DNA of 64,000 nt from NCBI RefSeq assembly GCF_964213995.1, contig NC_135803.1:72602001-72666000 (forward strand). Reading direction: 5' to 3'. This document shows, one piece after another, positions 25,370 to 38,135 of this stretch; the first letter of the stretch is position 1; each line of letters starts with the position of its first letter. A model generated the notes under the pieces. The model had not been told where the DNA came from and did not search any database. It was given only the letters and a program-made list of their open reading frames with translations. Source of the stretch: Mustelus asterias (taxonomy: Eukaryota). Position numbers and translations under genes: made by a program.

Positions 25370-28240
25370 GATGTACTCATAGTAAGGGAGATTTACATTG
25401 CTCTCAGCAGTCCAGGGGGCTATGTTGCCTGCCCAGTGCTAGGGTTCGGGACATATGCTCAGGGCTGGAGAGGTACTTGCAGTTGGAAAGATAGGATATA
25501 GCTTCATGATCCGTGTAGCTCCCAACGATATGGGCAAGATGAGAAAGAGGTTATGCGTAGTCAAAACAAGGAGCTAGGCACCAAATTAAGGAGCAGAACC
25601 TCAGATAATAATCCTTGGATTATTACCCAAGGCATGGGCAAATTGGCATCAGGCAAATCATTGAAGCATACAGTTCGGAAGAGGCGCTTCGGTCCATCAA
25701 TCTGCACCAACATACAAGAACCACCTAACCTACCTCATCCCATTTACCAGCATTTGGGCCATAGCCTTGAATGTTATGACGTGCTCATCTAGGTACTTAT
25801 CAAAAGAATGTGAGGCAACCCACCACCACCCTCGCAAGCAGGGCATTCCAGACTGTCACCACCCTCTGGGTAAAACATTTTTCCTCACATCCCCCCCCCA
25901 AAGCTCCTGCCCCTCACCTTAAACTTGTGTCTCCTTGTGACTGACCCTTCAACTAAGGGGAATAGCTGTTCCCTATCCACTGTCCATGCCCCTCATAATC
26001 AGATGAGAAGTGAATGCGTGGCTCAAAGACTGGTATGGGAGAAGTGGGTTCTGGTTTGTGGGCATTGGCACCAGTACTGGGATGGTCTACACCTGAACCA
26101 TGCTGGGATGAGTGTTCTTGCGGATTGAATTACTGGGGAAGTAGTAAGTGTTTTAAGCTAAATAGTGGGAGCAAGTGATCAAATGTGGGAAGATGTGGTA
26201 CAGCAAACAGTAAAGACAAGGGAAGAGAGGGGAGGTATTAATATTGGAAGTGATAAACAGACCATGACAGGAAGTGCATAAGTCTATATGAGTAAACCAA
26301 CAGATAAATCTAGAGGTTACAAACGAAATAAAAAAGGACAAAACGTAAGACTCTATTTGAATTATGTAGCATTCAAAACAGAACAGATGAACCAATAGTG
26401 CAAACAGAGATAAGTATGATCTAATAGCCATTACAGAAACATGGCTACATGCTGGGACAGATTGATGAGTATTTGTTTAGGAAGGATAGGAAGTTAGGAA
26501 AAGGTGGTTCTGTTAATTATAGATGACATTAGCAAAATAGAGGGGGATAGCCTTAGTTCAGGCAACCAGGATTGTACAAGCGGTTTGGTAGAGATGAGGA
26601 AGGAGGTACACAGAACCAACAACAGTAATCACAAGGTAGGATGGGGCATCAAAGAAGAAACAATTGGAACGAATCAGAAAGACACAGCAATTCTCTTGGG
26701 GGATTTTAATCTACAGGTAGACTGGAACAACCAGGTGGGCAAAGATAGGATAGATGGCAAATTCATAGAATATTTCCAACCTAATTTCTTCTATCAGCAC
26801 ATTCTGGAGCCAAGCTGGGAGCATGTTATACCAGACCTGGTGTTGTGCAGCAAGGTAGAATTACTTAATGACCTCATGGTGAAGGTGCAACACAGATCAT
26901 AATATGATTGAATTTTACATTCAGTTTGAGGAACAGACTAGTACTTTAAACTTAAATAGGGGAATTATGAGGGCATGAAACCAAAGCTAGCAAAAGCGAA
27001 CTGACAACTTAGATTAAGGGATAGATCAATGATTGCATCTTTAATCATTTATAGGAATATTTCAGAATGCACTGGATACATTCCAACAGGAGAGAGAAAA
27101 TACTAAGGAGTGGACTCACCATCGATATTTAGTTTAAAAATATTAAAGATAGTATCAAACTTAAAGAAAAAGCATGAAGTTGTGCAGGGTGGCAGGCTAG
27201 AAGATTCGACAATATAAAAACCATCAAATAATAATTGAAAGATTAATAAGGAGAGTGTAATTAGGGTATAAGAAAGGGTGAGCTAGAAATATCAAAACAG
27301 ATAGTAAGGGTTTCTATAAATATTTAAAAATAAAAGCTAAAAAAAAAGTGAACATTGATCCTTTAGGAAGCAGGTCTAGGGAATTAATACTGGAAAATAA
27401 GGAGATGGCAGATGAATGGACGGATATTTTGCATTAATCTTCACTGTACAAGATGCAACTAACATCCCAGAAATAGCTATGAATTAGGAATTGGGAGGGA
27501 GGAACACAAGAAAATTAAAATCAGCAGGGAAGTGGTACTGAGCATATTATTGGAACTTCCGGCTGACATGTCCCCAGGTCCAAACTGATTTCATCCTAGA
27601 ATCTTAAAAGAAGTGGCTAGTGCGATCGTTGATGCGTTGGTTTCAATTTTCCAAAATTCACTAGATTTGGGGAAGGTCCCATTAGAGAATGTAACTCCCC
27701 TTATTCAAAAAGGGAGACAGAAAGCAGGAAACTATGGACCAGTTAGTCTAACATCTGTCACAAGGAAAATTTTAGAAGCCATTATAAACAGAACACTTTG
27801 ATAAATTTAAGGTAATCAGGCAGGGTCAACATAGCTTTCTGAGGGGAAAATAATGAATAACTTAGTGGAGTGCTTTGAAGCAGTAACAGTTGCTGTGGAG
27901 AAAGGGAATCTTTAGTGGATATACTGTACTTATGTTTTCACAAGGCATTTGATAAAGTGCTTCATCAAGGGTTATTATGGAAACTAAAAGCTCATGGTGT
28001 GTGCGATAACAAATTGGCATGGTTAGAAGATTGGTTAGCTAACTGGAAACAGGAGGCATTTTCTGGTTAGCAGGATATGGAGAGTAGTGTACCATAGGGA
28101 TCAATGCTGGGGCCTCAACTCTTTACAATTTATATGAAATGATTAAAACCAAATTAGCCAAGGCCTTATTGAATGACAGGATAAGCTTGAAGGGCTGAGT
28201 GGCCTCTCCTGCTCCTAATCTGCAAGTCTGTATGTTCATA
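25370..28240 (+). mobile_element. Degenerate long CR1 (ORF1 esterase remnant, endonuclease, RT), with a CR1 3' fragment nested at about 25655-26000
   Basis: ILLGDFN, DLVLC and GNYGPVSLTS remnants, and a 3' tail at about 28200-28240. Confidence 0.8.
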
Positions 28241-28366
28241 TGTAACATGTAACACCATATCTACAAAAAAGATTTCCCCGCTCATGTATACCCCCAACAC
28301 AGAAGAGGATGACAAACTTTTACAAAAATATCGAAAACTTAAGGGAAATAAATAAACCACACTTAC

Positions 28367-28547
28367 CAACCACCATGAGTGTGAATTCAAACCCTTTCTT
28401 CACAGACTTACGATGCACCTGATTAGGGAGGTTGGCAAATCCCACATAACCAGGAGTCTCTGGATTTGTGAATTGAGCTTGTTGTTGTTGTTGCTGCTGC
28501 TGCTGTTGCTGCTGTTGCTGTAACATTTGTTGCTGCTGTTGCAACAT
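28367..28547 (-). CDS. SEPT2: Septin 2 coding exon 2 with polyQ insert (MLQ5MLQ14[38 protein letters not shown])
   Basis: Bounded by ttttgcag| and |gtaagt, 181 nt. The C-terminal part is near-identical to vertebrate SEPT2, including the polybasic region HRKSVKK. Confidence 0.95.
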
Positions 28548-30417
28548 CTGCAAAATATCAAACCAGTTTAATCAAAATACAAACTGTTCAAGGCTCCTCA
28601 TTAAATCTTTTAACATTCCCCTTCATAAAAGATGGATCCAAAAGTAGGTTTCAAATTTCCCCATTGAAAAATCCTCCTGGTTGAATTACATTTTTTCTGA
28701 TCATTCTTGTGCTTTTCTCCAAACTCTCAGATTAGTGCAATAAATTTGAAGCAAACAGCTTGAAACTTAATCAATTGGAAAGAATTTCATGGCACAGTAC
28801 ATTTATAAGTGAAATAGAACACTTGCTGATTATCAAATCTGCTTCCTGGCCGAGAACCATAATTTGAGCTGTTCTCATAAGTGATTTAGTTTCTTGCAGT
28901 GCTCAGGATCAATTTGGTTACCTCTAGCCATTTTAAATACTTAGTGCATGCTCAACAATTTGGCTACCAGGTGGTTTTCAAAACAAACCACATACGCTAT
29001 CTGGTCAATTCTATTTCAGGGGGTTTGGGCTACAGACAAACAGATTTACAGAAATCATCTAAGATACCACTTGTATATACACAAGATACTTAGCAGCCTT
29101 TGGGCTGCACTGGTAAAATGCAATGTGCATTACAGATACAAGTATCTGCACTCAAATTAAAAATAGCTTTATGATCTAAAATTCAAGACTCAATAAATTG
29201 CAGCTGCATTGCTACTAATGTGGAATATTAAACAATTTCAGTGTTGAGTTATGATTTTTAGGGTAATGGTTGGGACAAAAACTGTCAATATTTAAGATTA
29301 GACGAAGGAAGAAGAGATGAAAGGATGGAGGAACAAAATGGATAAATGTGATCGGTATACACTCCCATAGAGCTGAGATGTTGTCAGTGACTGTTATAAA
29401 CTCTTAGTATAACACACTACTTACTCCATGTTTTTGTATCCTGCATTTAAGCAACAACTTGCTTAGTTTGAAATGCGAATCAGCTCCACTTATTGAATTT
29501 CTCAGTTTGTGGTGCATGTTCACTAATGATTGCAGTGTCCAGTTCCATTTGCAACTCCTAAAATAATGAAGTTCTCACCCACAACATCTGTAAAACATTC
29601 AGGCTTGGGCTAAAAAACATTTCAGGCAATGACCACCACCAAGAGAGAATCTGACCATCTCCACTTGACATTTAATGGTATCACCATCACCAAATCCCAC
29701 AACGTCAACATCTTTGGGGCGGGCGGGGCGCAACAGCAGCAACAACAAGCTCAAGTACTGCTAAATCCCAAGTTCCACTCCATCCATAATCACCATTCCT
29801 TTGTTGGCACTGGATCAAAATTCTGGAGATCCCTACTCAACAGCACATTAAAAAAATACTTGGATGTATATTTGAAGAGCCGTGACTGGATGGCTAAATG
29901 TAGGAAGATGGGGATCGGCTGGGTAGCATTCTCTTGATTGGCACAGACATGGGTCAAATGATCTCCTTCTGTAAATTTGATTTCTATAGGATCATAGGTG
30001 TACCTACATGGGTTCAAGGCAGCTTTTAACAACCTTCTTAAGGGCAATTAGTATCAGTAATAGTGGTGGCCTTGCCAGAATTGCCCACGTCACACAAACA
30101 AATAAGACTACTGATTATGGCAGTAACAAATATATGATGCAACTACTAGTTTTAGACACATCTAACTTTAATATATTCAAAATGTTGCATCTGTTTGCAC
30201 CCCATGTCTGTAGAATTTGAATTATTTCTTGCAATGCTTCTGTCAACTGTTTCCCATTAAATTCCAATGTTGACATTCATAAAACAGTGCTGTGATTGAA
30301 CAGGCTGGTGCTCTTTCCTCTAACAAAGAGAATGGCGAGGGAGTGATTATATTTTGAATTCCCTAGTTATGGTTCACCTGTCGGCTTTGACAGTGCCTCC
30401 AAGTCCCGCTTTTGTCT

Positions 30418-30670
30418 CAAAAGCAAAATACTGCAAATGCTGGCAATCGGAAATAAACAGAAACGGCTGGAAACACTGAGTAAGCCTGGCAGTATGTGTG
30501 AAGAGACCTGGCAGAATGCGTGGAGAGAAACTGATTTAACATTTCTGGTCAATAACCTCTCGTCAGAACGGTAACATTTTCCAGTTCTGACACAAGGTCA
30601 CTGACCTGAAATATTCAAATCTGTTTTCTCTCTGCACACTGCCTGGGCATTTCCGGTGTGTGTATTTGCA
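30418..30670. mobile_element. Inverted pair of Penelope-type pLTR relics with degenerate hammerhead cores
   Basis: Minus core CUGACGA...GAAA at 30536-30569 and plus core CUGACAC...GAAA at 30584-30617. The arms are roughly reverse-complementary. Similar relics at 35225-35400 and 61700-61850. Confidence 0.6.
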
Positions 30671-30719
30671 CTGTCTAATGTAATTGTGTTTAGTAGAATT
30701 TAATTAAAGCTAGTTCGTT

Positions 30720-33268
30720 ACCGTACAGCCCAAGGGAAGTGGAAGTACGGATATGTCAGGAGATACTGGATAGGTGCAGGAAAAATAGGGTTGTCGTCGT
30801 GGGAGACTTCAATTTCCCTGGTATAGACTGGAAATCGCTGAGAGCAGGGACTCTGAATGGGGAGGAATTTGTAAAATGCGTACAGGAGGGTTCCTTGGAA
30901 CAATATGTAGATAGCCCGACTAGAGAGGGGGCTATACTGGACCTCGTACTGGGGAATGAGCCCGGTCAGGTCTTCAAGGTTTCGGTAGGGGAACATGTGG
31001 CAAATAGTGACCACAATTCTGTTAGCTTTAGGATAGTGATGGAAAAGGATGAGTGGTGTCCCAAGGGTAAAGTGTTGGATTGGGGGAAGGCTAACTTTAG
31101 TGGGATTAGGCAGAAATTGGCAGCTCTTGATTGGGAGAGGCTGTTTGAGGGTAAATCCACATCTGGCATGTGGGAGTCTTTTAAGGAACAGTTGTTAGGG
31201 CTACAGGACAGGCATGTGCCTGCTAAAAAGAAGGATAGGAAGGGTAGGATTCGAGAACCGTGGATAACCAGGGAAATTGAGGGACTGGTCAAAAAGAAAA
31301 GAGAGGCGTATGGTAGGTCCAGGCAGCTAAAAACGGAGGGAGCTCTGGAGGAGTACAAAGAAAGTAGGAAAGAACTCAAACGGGGAATTAGAAGAGCAAA
31401 AAGGGGTCACGAAATGTTCTTGGCAGACAGGATTAAGGAGAATCCCAAGGCATTTTATTCATACGTTAGGAACAAAAGGGTTGTCAGGGAAAAAAAATCG
31501 GACCTCTCAGGGACAAAAGTGGGGAATTATGCTTGGAGCCCAAAGAAGTAGGGGAGATCCTAAATGAATACTTTGCATCGGTATTCACAAAGGAGAGGGA
31601 TGTGTTGACTGGGAGTGTCTCGGAGGGGAGTGTTGAACCGTTGGAGAAAATCTCCATTACAAAGGAGGAAGTGTTAGGTTTGTTAGAGAATTTAAAGACT
31701 GACAAATCCCCAGGGCCTGATGGAATCTATCCAAGGCTGCTCAGGGAGACGAGAGATGAAATCGCTGGGCCTCTGACGCAAATCTTTGTCTCGTCACTGG
31801 ACGCAGGTGAGGTCCCAGAGGATTGGAGGATAGCTAATGTGGTCCCGTTATTTAAGAAGGGTAGGAAGGATAGCCCGGGTAATTATAGGCCGGTGAGCTT
31901 GACGTCCGTGGTGGGGAAGTTGTTGGAGAAGATTCTTAGAGATAGGATGTATGCGCATTTAGAAAGGAATAAACTCATTAACGATAGTCAGCATGGTTTT
32001 GTGAGAGGGAGGTCATGCCTCACTAACCTGGTGGAGTTTTTTGAAGAAGTGACCAAAATGGTTGACGAGGGAAGGGCCGTGGATGTCGTCTATATGGACT
32101 TTAGTAAAGTGTTTGACAAAGTCCCTCATGGTAGGCTGGTGAAAAAGGTTGGATCTCATGGGATAAAGGGGGAGGTGGCTAGATGGGTGGAGAACTGGCT
32201 TGGTCACAGAAGACAGAGGGTGGTAGTGGAAGGGTCTTTTTCCGGCTGGAGGCCTGTGACTAGTGGTGTTCCGCAGGGCTCTGTATTGGGACCTCTGCTG
32301 TTTGTGATTTATATAAATGATCTGGAAGAAGGTGTGACTGGGGTGATCAGTAAGTTTGCGGACGACACAAAATTGGCAGGACTTGCAGATAGTGAGGAGC
32401 ATTGTCAGAGGCTACAGAAGGATATAGATAGGCTGGAAATTTGGGCAAAGAAATGGCAGATGGAGTTCAATCCTGATAAATGCGAAGTGATGCATTTTGG
32501 TAGAAATAATGTAGGGAGGAGCTATATGATAAATGGCAGAACCATAAAGGGTGTAGATACGCAGAGGGACCTGGGTGTGCAAGTCCACAGATCCTTGAAA
32601 GTGACGTCACAGGTGGAGAAGGTGGTGAAGAAGGCATATGGCATGGGCTTGCCTTTATAGGATGGGGCATAGAGTATAAAAGTTGGGGTCTGATGTTGCA
32701 GATGTATAGAATGTTGGTTCGACCGCATCTGGAATACTGCGTTCAGTTCTGGTCGCCACACTACCAGAAGGACGTGGAGGCTTTGGAGAGAGTACAGAGG
32801 AGGTTTACCAGGATGTTACCTGGTATGGAGGGGCTTAGTTATGAGGAGAGATTGGGTAAACTGGGGTTGTTCTCCCTGGAAAGACGGAGGATGAGGGGAG
32901 ACTTAATAGAGGTGTATAAAATTATGAAAGGCATAGATAGGGTGAACGGTGGGAAGCTTTTCCCCAGGTCAGTGGGGACGTTCACGAGGGGTCATAGGTT
33001 CAAGGTGAAGGGGGGGGGGGGGGGGGGGGAGGTTTAACACGGATATCAGACGGACATATTTTACACAGAGGGTGGTGGGGGCCTGGAATGCGCTGCCAGG
33101 CAAGGTGGTGGAGGCGGACACACTGGGAACGTTTAAGACTTATCTAGACAGCCATATGAACGGAGTGGGAATGGAGGGATACAAAAGAATGGTCTAGTTT
33201 GGACCAGGGAGCGGCGCGGGCTTGGAGGGCCGAAGGGCCTGTTCCTGTGCTGTATTGTTCTTTGTTCG
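30720..33268 (+). mobile_element. Young 5'-truncated CR1/HER1-type LINE (APE endonuclease C-half, RT, 3'UTR), frameshifted
   Basis: ORFs 30739-31551 (VVVGDFN, LDLVL, SDH), 31533-32660 (KSPGPDG, NYRPVSLTS, GVPQGSVLGP, FADD) and 32693-33037. Ends in a (TGTTCTT)n tail. Confidence 0.96.
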
Positions 33269-34203
33269 TACCAGGAAGAATGAGTGATTTGTACAGTCAG
33301 ATATGAAACCCTAAAATTGACAGCTCCAATGCAATAAAAGCATTTTTAGAAACAATTTAGTATTGATAAAACAGTGCAATCAAAATAATCTTCAGAAAGG
33401 CAGATTAAAGAAATACAAGAGGGGCGGATTCACTACAAATGTCTGAGTTAAGCTGAGTTTCATTGTTGAAAATCCGATAATTAGAACCAAGACAGCTGCA
33501 CCAACAGATAAAACTAGATTGGCAGAACTTTGCAATAAACAAATGGAACATAATTGGAGTTAACTATCCAAATAGAGAAGAGCCAAGTTTCAGAACACAT
33601 GTAGAACCATCTAAAGATCGTACCTTTGAAAGGAAAAGACCAACAAAATAGATTTCTCTTCAGCTGAAATCAGCAATGTGGATGCAAATATATCTAACCA
33701 TCTGTAATCAAGTGAATATTTTCACGTGCACAGCAGTGGACTACTACTCTGGAGGCCTGTTCTCGTCATACGGAGAACATTAGTTTGAGAACTTAGTAGA
33801 CCAGCCAATTCTGGTACATAGGTCTTCAGCATTGCAGCCAGATGTTTCCTGGGTCTACAGCCTTTGAACTTGCTTCTTAATGTCATGTGCAGTGAACCAA
33901 TTAAGCCAGACAATAGCCAATGCTGGTGGGGCCTCAGGAGTAGAACCATTTAGTCCACAGTTTTAGTCAGACACAAATAAGTACTGGCTTGACTCTTACA
34001 TTAAAGCAATGAGCTTCAGCAGTTTAAAATTAAGAATCGCATGGAAATTCCTCCTCCCTTTAGTTGATTCATATTGATCACCATTTTCAACCAGATTTGG
34101 TAGGACTTTTCTCTGGTCCTTTGGGACAAATAGACCGTGTAGGACTATTTGCTCCATCCATACAATACTATTTTTTGGTGCTTAGCAAGCAGGCAACTTC
34201 ACT

Positions 34204-34643
34204 AGGTTGGATATTTACTCCAAGTCAAACTCACTACTATTCCTGGGACACAATTCCATAACCCCTAGGCTTAGTGCCTGGTCTGACGGGAGGAATGAAA
34301 CATCAGGCCATAAGGTTACAGACTGACAGCAGACTAATCTAACAGCCCAGTGTTTCATGGATGCACATTGCAGGAAAGCTAGATATATCCTTTTTTCCAA
34401 CAGTAGCGTGGCATTAGACTTAACCTTTACAAGGGCTATGCAGTGGTCAATTTTATCAGCAGCAAAGAGGTTACAGTTTCCTCCCACAGTCACAATAACT
34501 GGGCTGTTAGATTAGTCTGCAACCTTATGGCCTGATGTTTCATTCCTCCCGTCAGACCAGGGCACTAAGCCTAGTTCAATAGGAATTATGGAATTGTGTC
34601 CCAGGAATAGTAGTGGGTTTGACTTGGAGTAAATATCTAACCT
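34204..34643. repeat. Long inverted repeat: arms 34204-34351 and 34498-34643, spacer about 146 bp
   Basis: The arms are direct reverse complements with a few substitutions and small indels. Confidence 0.93.
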
Positions 34644-34800
34644 GTAGGTCAGGTGGATTGGCTATGCTAAATTGCCCCTTAGTTGGAGGGATTTGCAAGC
34701 TAAATACATGGGGCTACAAGAATAGGGCCTGGGTGGGATTGTTATTGGTGTAGCTTGATGGGCTGAATGGCCTCCTCCTGCACTGTAGGGATTCTATGAC
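34474..34800 (+). mobile_element. HE1-like SINE split by an inverted local duplication
   Basis: Core fragment CAGTTTCCTCCCACAGTC at 34474-34491 resumes at 34644 (GTAGGTCAGGTGGATTGG). Confidence 0.75.
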
Positions 34801-36248
34801 ATAGAATAGTGCCTTAAACAAGTTAAGACAACAGTTGCTTTGTCCCATATGTTCCGTTGTTCATTCATCAAATAAAGAAGAGGATTAGTGTTGGACAAGC
34901 ACCCTTTTCATCTTAAATATTATTCAACTCAACTCTTCAGCTATAGCATTTTTCGAGTTTCATTATTATATGCTGAAAACTTCAAATATATTTTAACTGC
35001 ACAACCTGAATGGATTTTCAAAAAGTACAAAACGAGTAAGTGAGCCCCTATGGAAACCAGTGCTTTTCCTCTACAGCACCAGTGGAAGAGATTAAATTGT
35101 AGGTTTTAGAAGCAATGTAATCTGGATAAATTTGCAGTTCTGAATCAATTCCAGAAGTCTAAAGCTTCACTTAGCAACTCCATTAAGTGTATATACAAGC
35201 TCTGATCCAAACACAAGATTTCCTGTAGCAAAATACTAGAATAACAGAAAATTCTGAAAATATTCATGTTTAGCAACTTTGGAGAGAGAAAATTAACTTT
35301 TCAGTTCTGCTGAAGGGTCAACAACATCCTGAAATGTTAACTTTGTTTCTCTCTCCCCAAATGCTACAAGATCTGGAGTATTTCCAGCATTTTCTGGTTG
35401 TGTTAAGATTTATTGTCTTTTACGGGGTTTAATAGTTTGATTATTAATGGTCCCCAAGTAAATCCAATGAGGTATCGCACTCCTCTTCCCCCACCTCGTC
35501 AAATCCTGAATAAAATTCAACCCCCAACTCTGCTTGAAATCTACGGATGAGTGCATAGCTTCAGCTTCGTTTACGGAGGCACCAAGTCACAGAATAGCCG
35601 CACAGCTGGAATATACATTCTTCAGACAGCGCTATGACATTCTTGCACAATGTACAAAGCCTCTGTGCAATGTGTTTTTTTCATCTTTTAATTTACCTTG
35701 CCACGTGTGATTACCACCTCTACTGGAACATATTCCTCCAAGTCTGTTCACACAACATTTAATCATGTGACCAGCTCTAGCCTGAAACTGAAGATAATTT
35801 TCTGTAAACTCAAACAGATGTGATCTGAGAATGCAACCAGACAGACCAAAATGTCGAAAGTTTGATCGTGCGATGCTGAGTTTATTCACTAAAGCTAGCA
35901 TGGCAGTTCAATTAGCTTCAGTTTCCCCACGTTACGGAGAACAGCCAGGGTTTGTACTAAAAGTCTGCTCGAAAGGTGAGATTCATGATTCGGCTTTGCT
36001 GCGTTGCTTCAGTATTTTCTACACATCTGCTCTCCAGGTTCACAAGATTTTCATCCAGTGCCTCTGGAACTACATTCCAGCCAGAGTCAGTGCCTAGCAA
36101 GATACACAAGGGGTAATGCTCTTTGATGAAAAGGAGGGGGAAGTGGGGAAGGGAGGAGAGAATTGGAGTAAAATAAAAAGGAAACAAGTAAAATTGCTCA
36201 TAAATAGGGGAATTACTATTTTGGGGAGAAGAATATCCATTTAAATTG

Positions 36249-37292
36249 TTTGATTTGATTTATTGTTGTCACATGTATTAACAGTGAAAAGTATTGTTTC
36301 TTGTGTGCTATGGACAAAACATACCGTTCACAGAGAAGGAAACGAGAGAGTGCAGAATGTAGTGCTACAGTCATAGCTAGGTGTAGGGAAAGATCAACTT
36401 AATGCAAGGTAAATCCATTCAAAAGTCTGACAGCAGCAGGGCAGATGCTGTTCTTGTGTCGGTTGGTGCGCGACCTCAGGACTTTTGAATCTTTTTCTCC
36501 GAAGGAAGAAGGTGGAAGAATATCCGGGGTGCATGGGGTCCTTAATTATGCTGGTTGCTTTGCCGAGGCAGTGGGAAATGTAGACAGAGTCAATGGATGG
36601 GAGGATGGTTTGCATGATGGATTGGGCTACATTCACGACCTTTTGTAGTTCCGTGCAGTCTTGGGCAGAGCAGGAGCCATACCAAGCTGTGATACAACCA
36701 GAAAGAATGCTTTCTATGGTGCATCTGTAAAAGTTGGAGTCATAGCTGACATGCCAAATTTCCTTAGTCTTTTGAGAAAGTAGAGGCATTGGTGGGCTTT
36801 CTTAACTATAGTGTCAGCATGGGGGGACCAGGACAGGTTGTTGGTGATCTGGATACCTAAAAACTTGAAGCTCTCGATTTCGTCCCCATTGATGTAGTCA
36901 GGGGTATGTTCTCCTTTACGCTTCCTGAAGTCAATGACAATCTCCTTCGTTTCGACGACATTGAAGGAGACATTATTGTTGCCACACCAGTTCACCAGAT
37001 TCTCTCTCTCATTCTTGTACTCGGTCTCGTCATTTTTTGAGATCCGACCCACTACGGTGGTGTCGTCAGCAAACTTGAAAATCGAATTGGAGGGGAATTT
37101 GGCCACACAGTCCTGGAAGTATAAGGAATATAGTAGGGAGTTGAGAACACAGCCTTGTGGGGCACCGGTGTTGAGGATGATCGTGGAGGTGTTGTTGCCT
37201 ATCCTTTACTGATTGTGGTCTGTGAATTAGGAAGTTCAGGATCCAGTTGCAGAGGGAAGTGCTGAGGCCCAGGCATTTGGAGATGAGTTTCG
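36249..37292 (-). mobile_element. Rex1/Babar-type LINE 3' fragment
   Basis: GAPQGCVL, IFKFADDTTVVGRIS, NFYRCTIESIL; AATAAATCAAATCAA tail. Confidence 0.9.
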
Positions 37293-37894
37293 TGGCAATT
37301 GTGGGCTATTTACACAACTCCTCTTAAAAAGGTCACAATTGAGTTGCTAACCTTTTCTGGTGTCTTGTCCAAGTCATATTGTTAGTCAAGAACTGAAACT
37401 TATGATTTGAATTCTCTCCATGCAGATCATGCACACACCTTCTTGGCCACATGAATATAGAGTGGAAAGTCAGTAAAAAAAATCCTCTTGTCCCCAAGAC
37501 ATGGAATGGTTAGCTCTATCATGGACAAATTCAGGAATGGCCCTTCAATGTACCCCATTGGGTAGGTAGACTCAACAGCCTGGCAATGGGAAAAACGTGC
37601 ATTCTACCACTGACAAGAGCACAGCCACCCCTTCCGGAAATCTACTGATTATTTCCTAGAGGCTAAGCTGAAAGCAGCCACAGTGCTGGCCTGCAGGAAC
37701 AACCCTGAGGCTGGAGTTCAGCTGGTTAAGACAGATGTTGGGGTACTAATACCGGTGCCTTCGAACTTGAATTGTGCGCATGCATTGATACCAATCTCAA
37801 AATAGGAAGTACATTTCTCCAGGGTTGCTAGCACTAATTGGGTGATTAATTTTCCATTCATGGAATCACCTGGACAAGCTGGGAAAGCAACTGT

Positions 37895-38135
37895 AGAACC
37901 GTAGAATCACTACAGTGCATTAGGTAGTTATTCGGCCTATCGAGTCTGCACTGACTCAGCATCTTACCCAGACCCACACCCCATAACCCTGCGCATTTAC
38001 CATGGCCAATCAGCCTAACCTGATCATCTTTGGACTGTGAGAGGAAATTGGAGCACCCCGCAGGAAACTCACACAGACATGGGGACAATGTACAAACTCC
38101 ACACACACAATTAAGGCCAGAATTGAACCCGTCAC
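37895..38135 (-). mobile_element. HE1-like SINE, diverged
   Basis: V core and tail are recognisable. Confidence 0.8.

Noticed and set aside
33722-33949. 75-aa minus ORF as a possible exon
   Set aside because: Contains a LKTYVPELA remnant of LINE RT; a decayed repeat.
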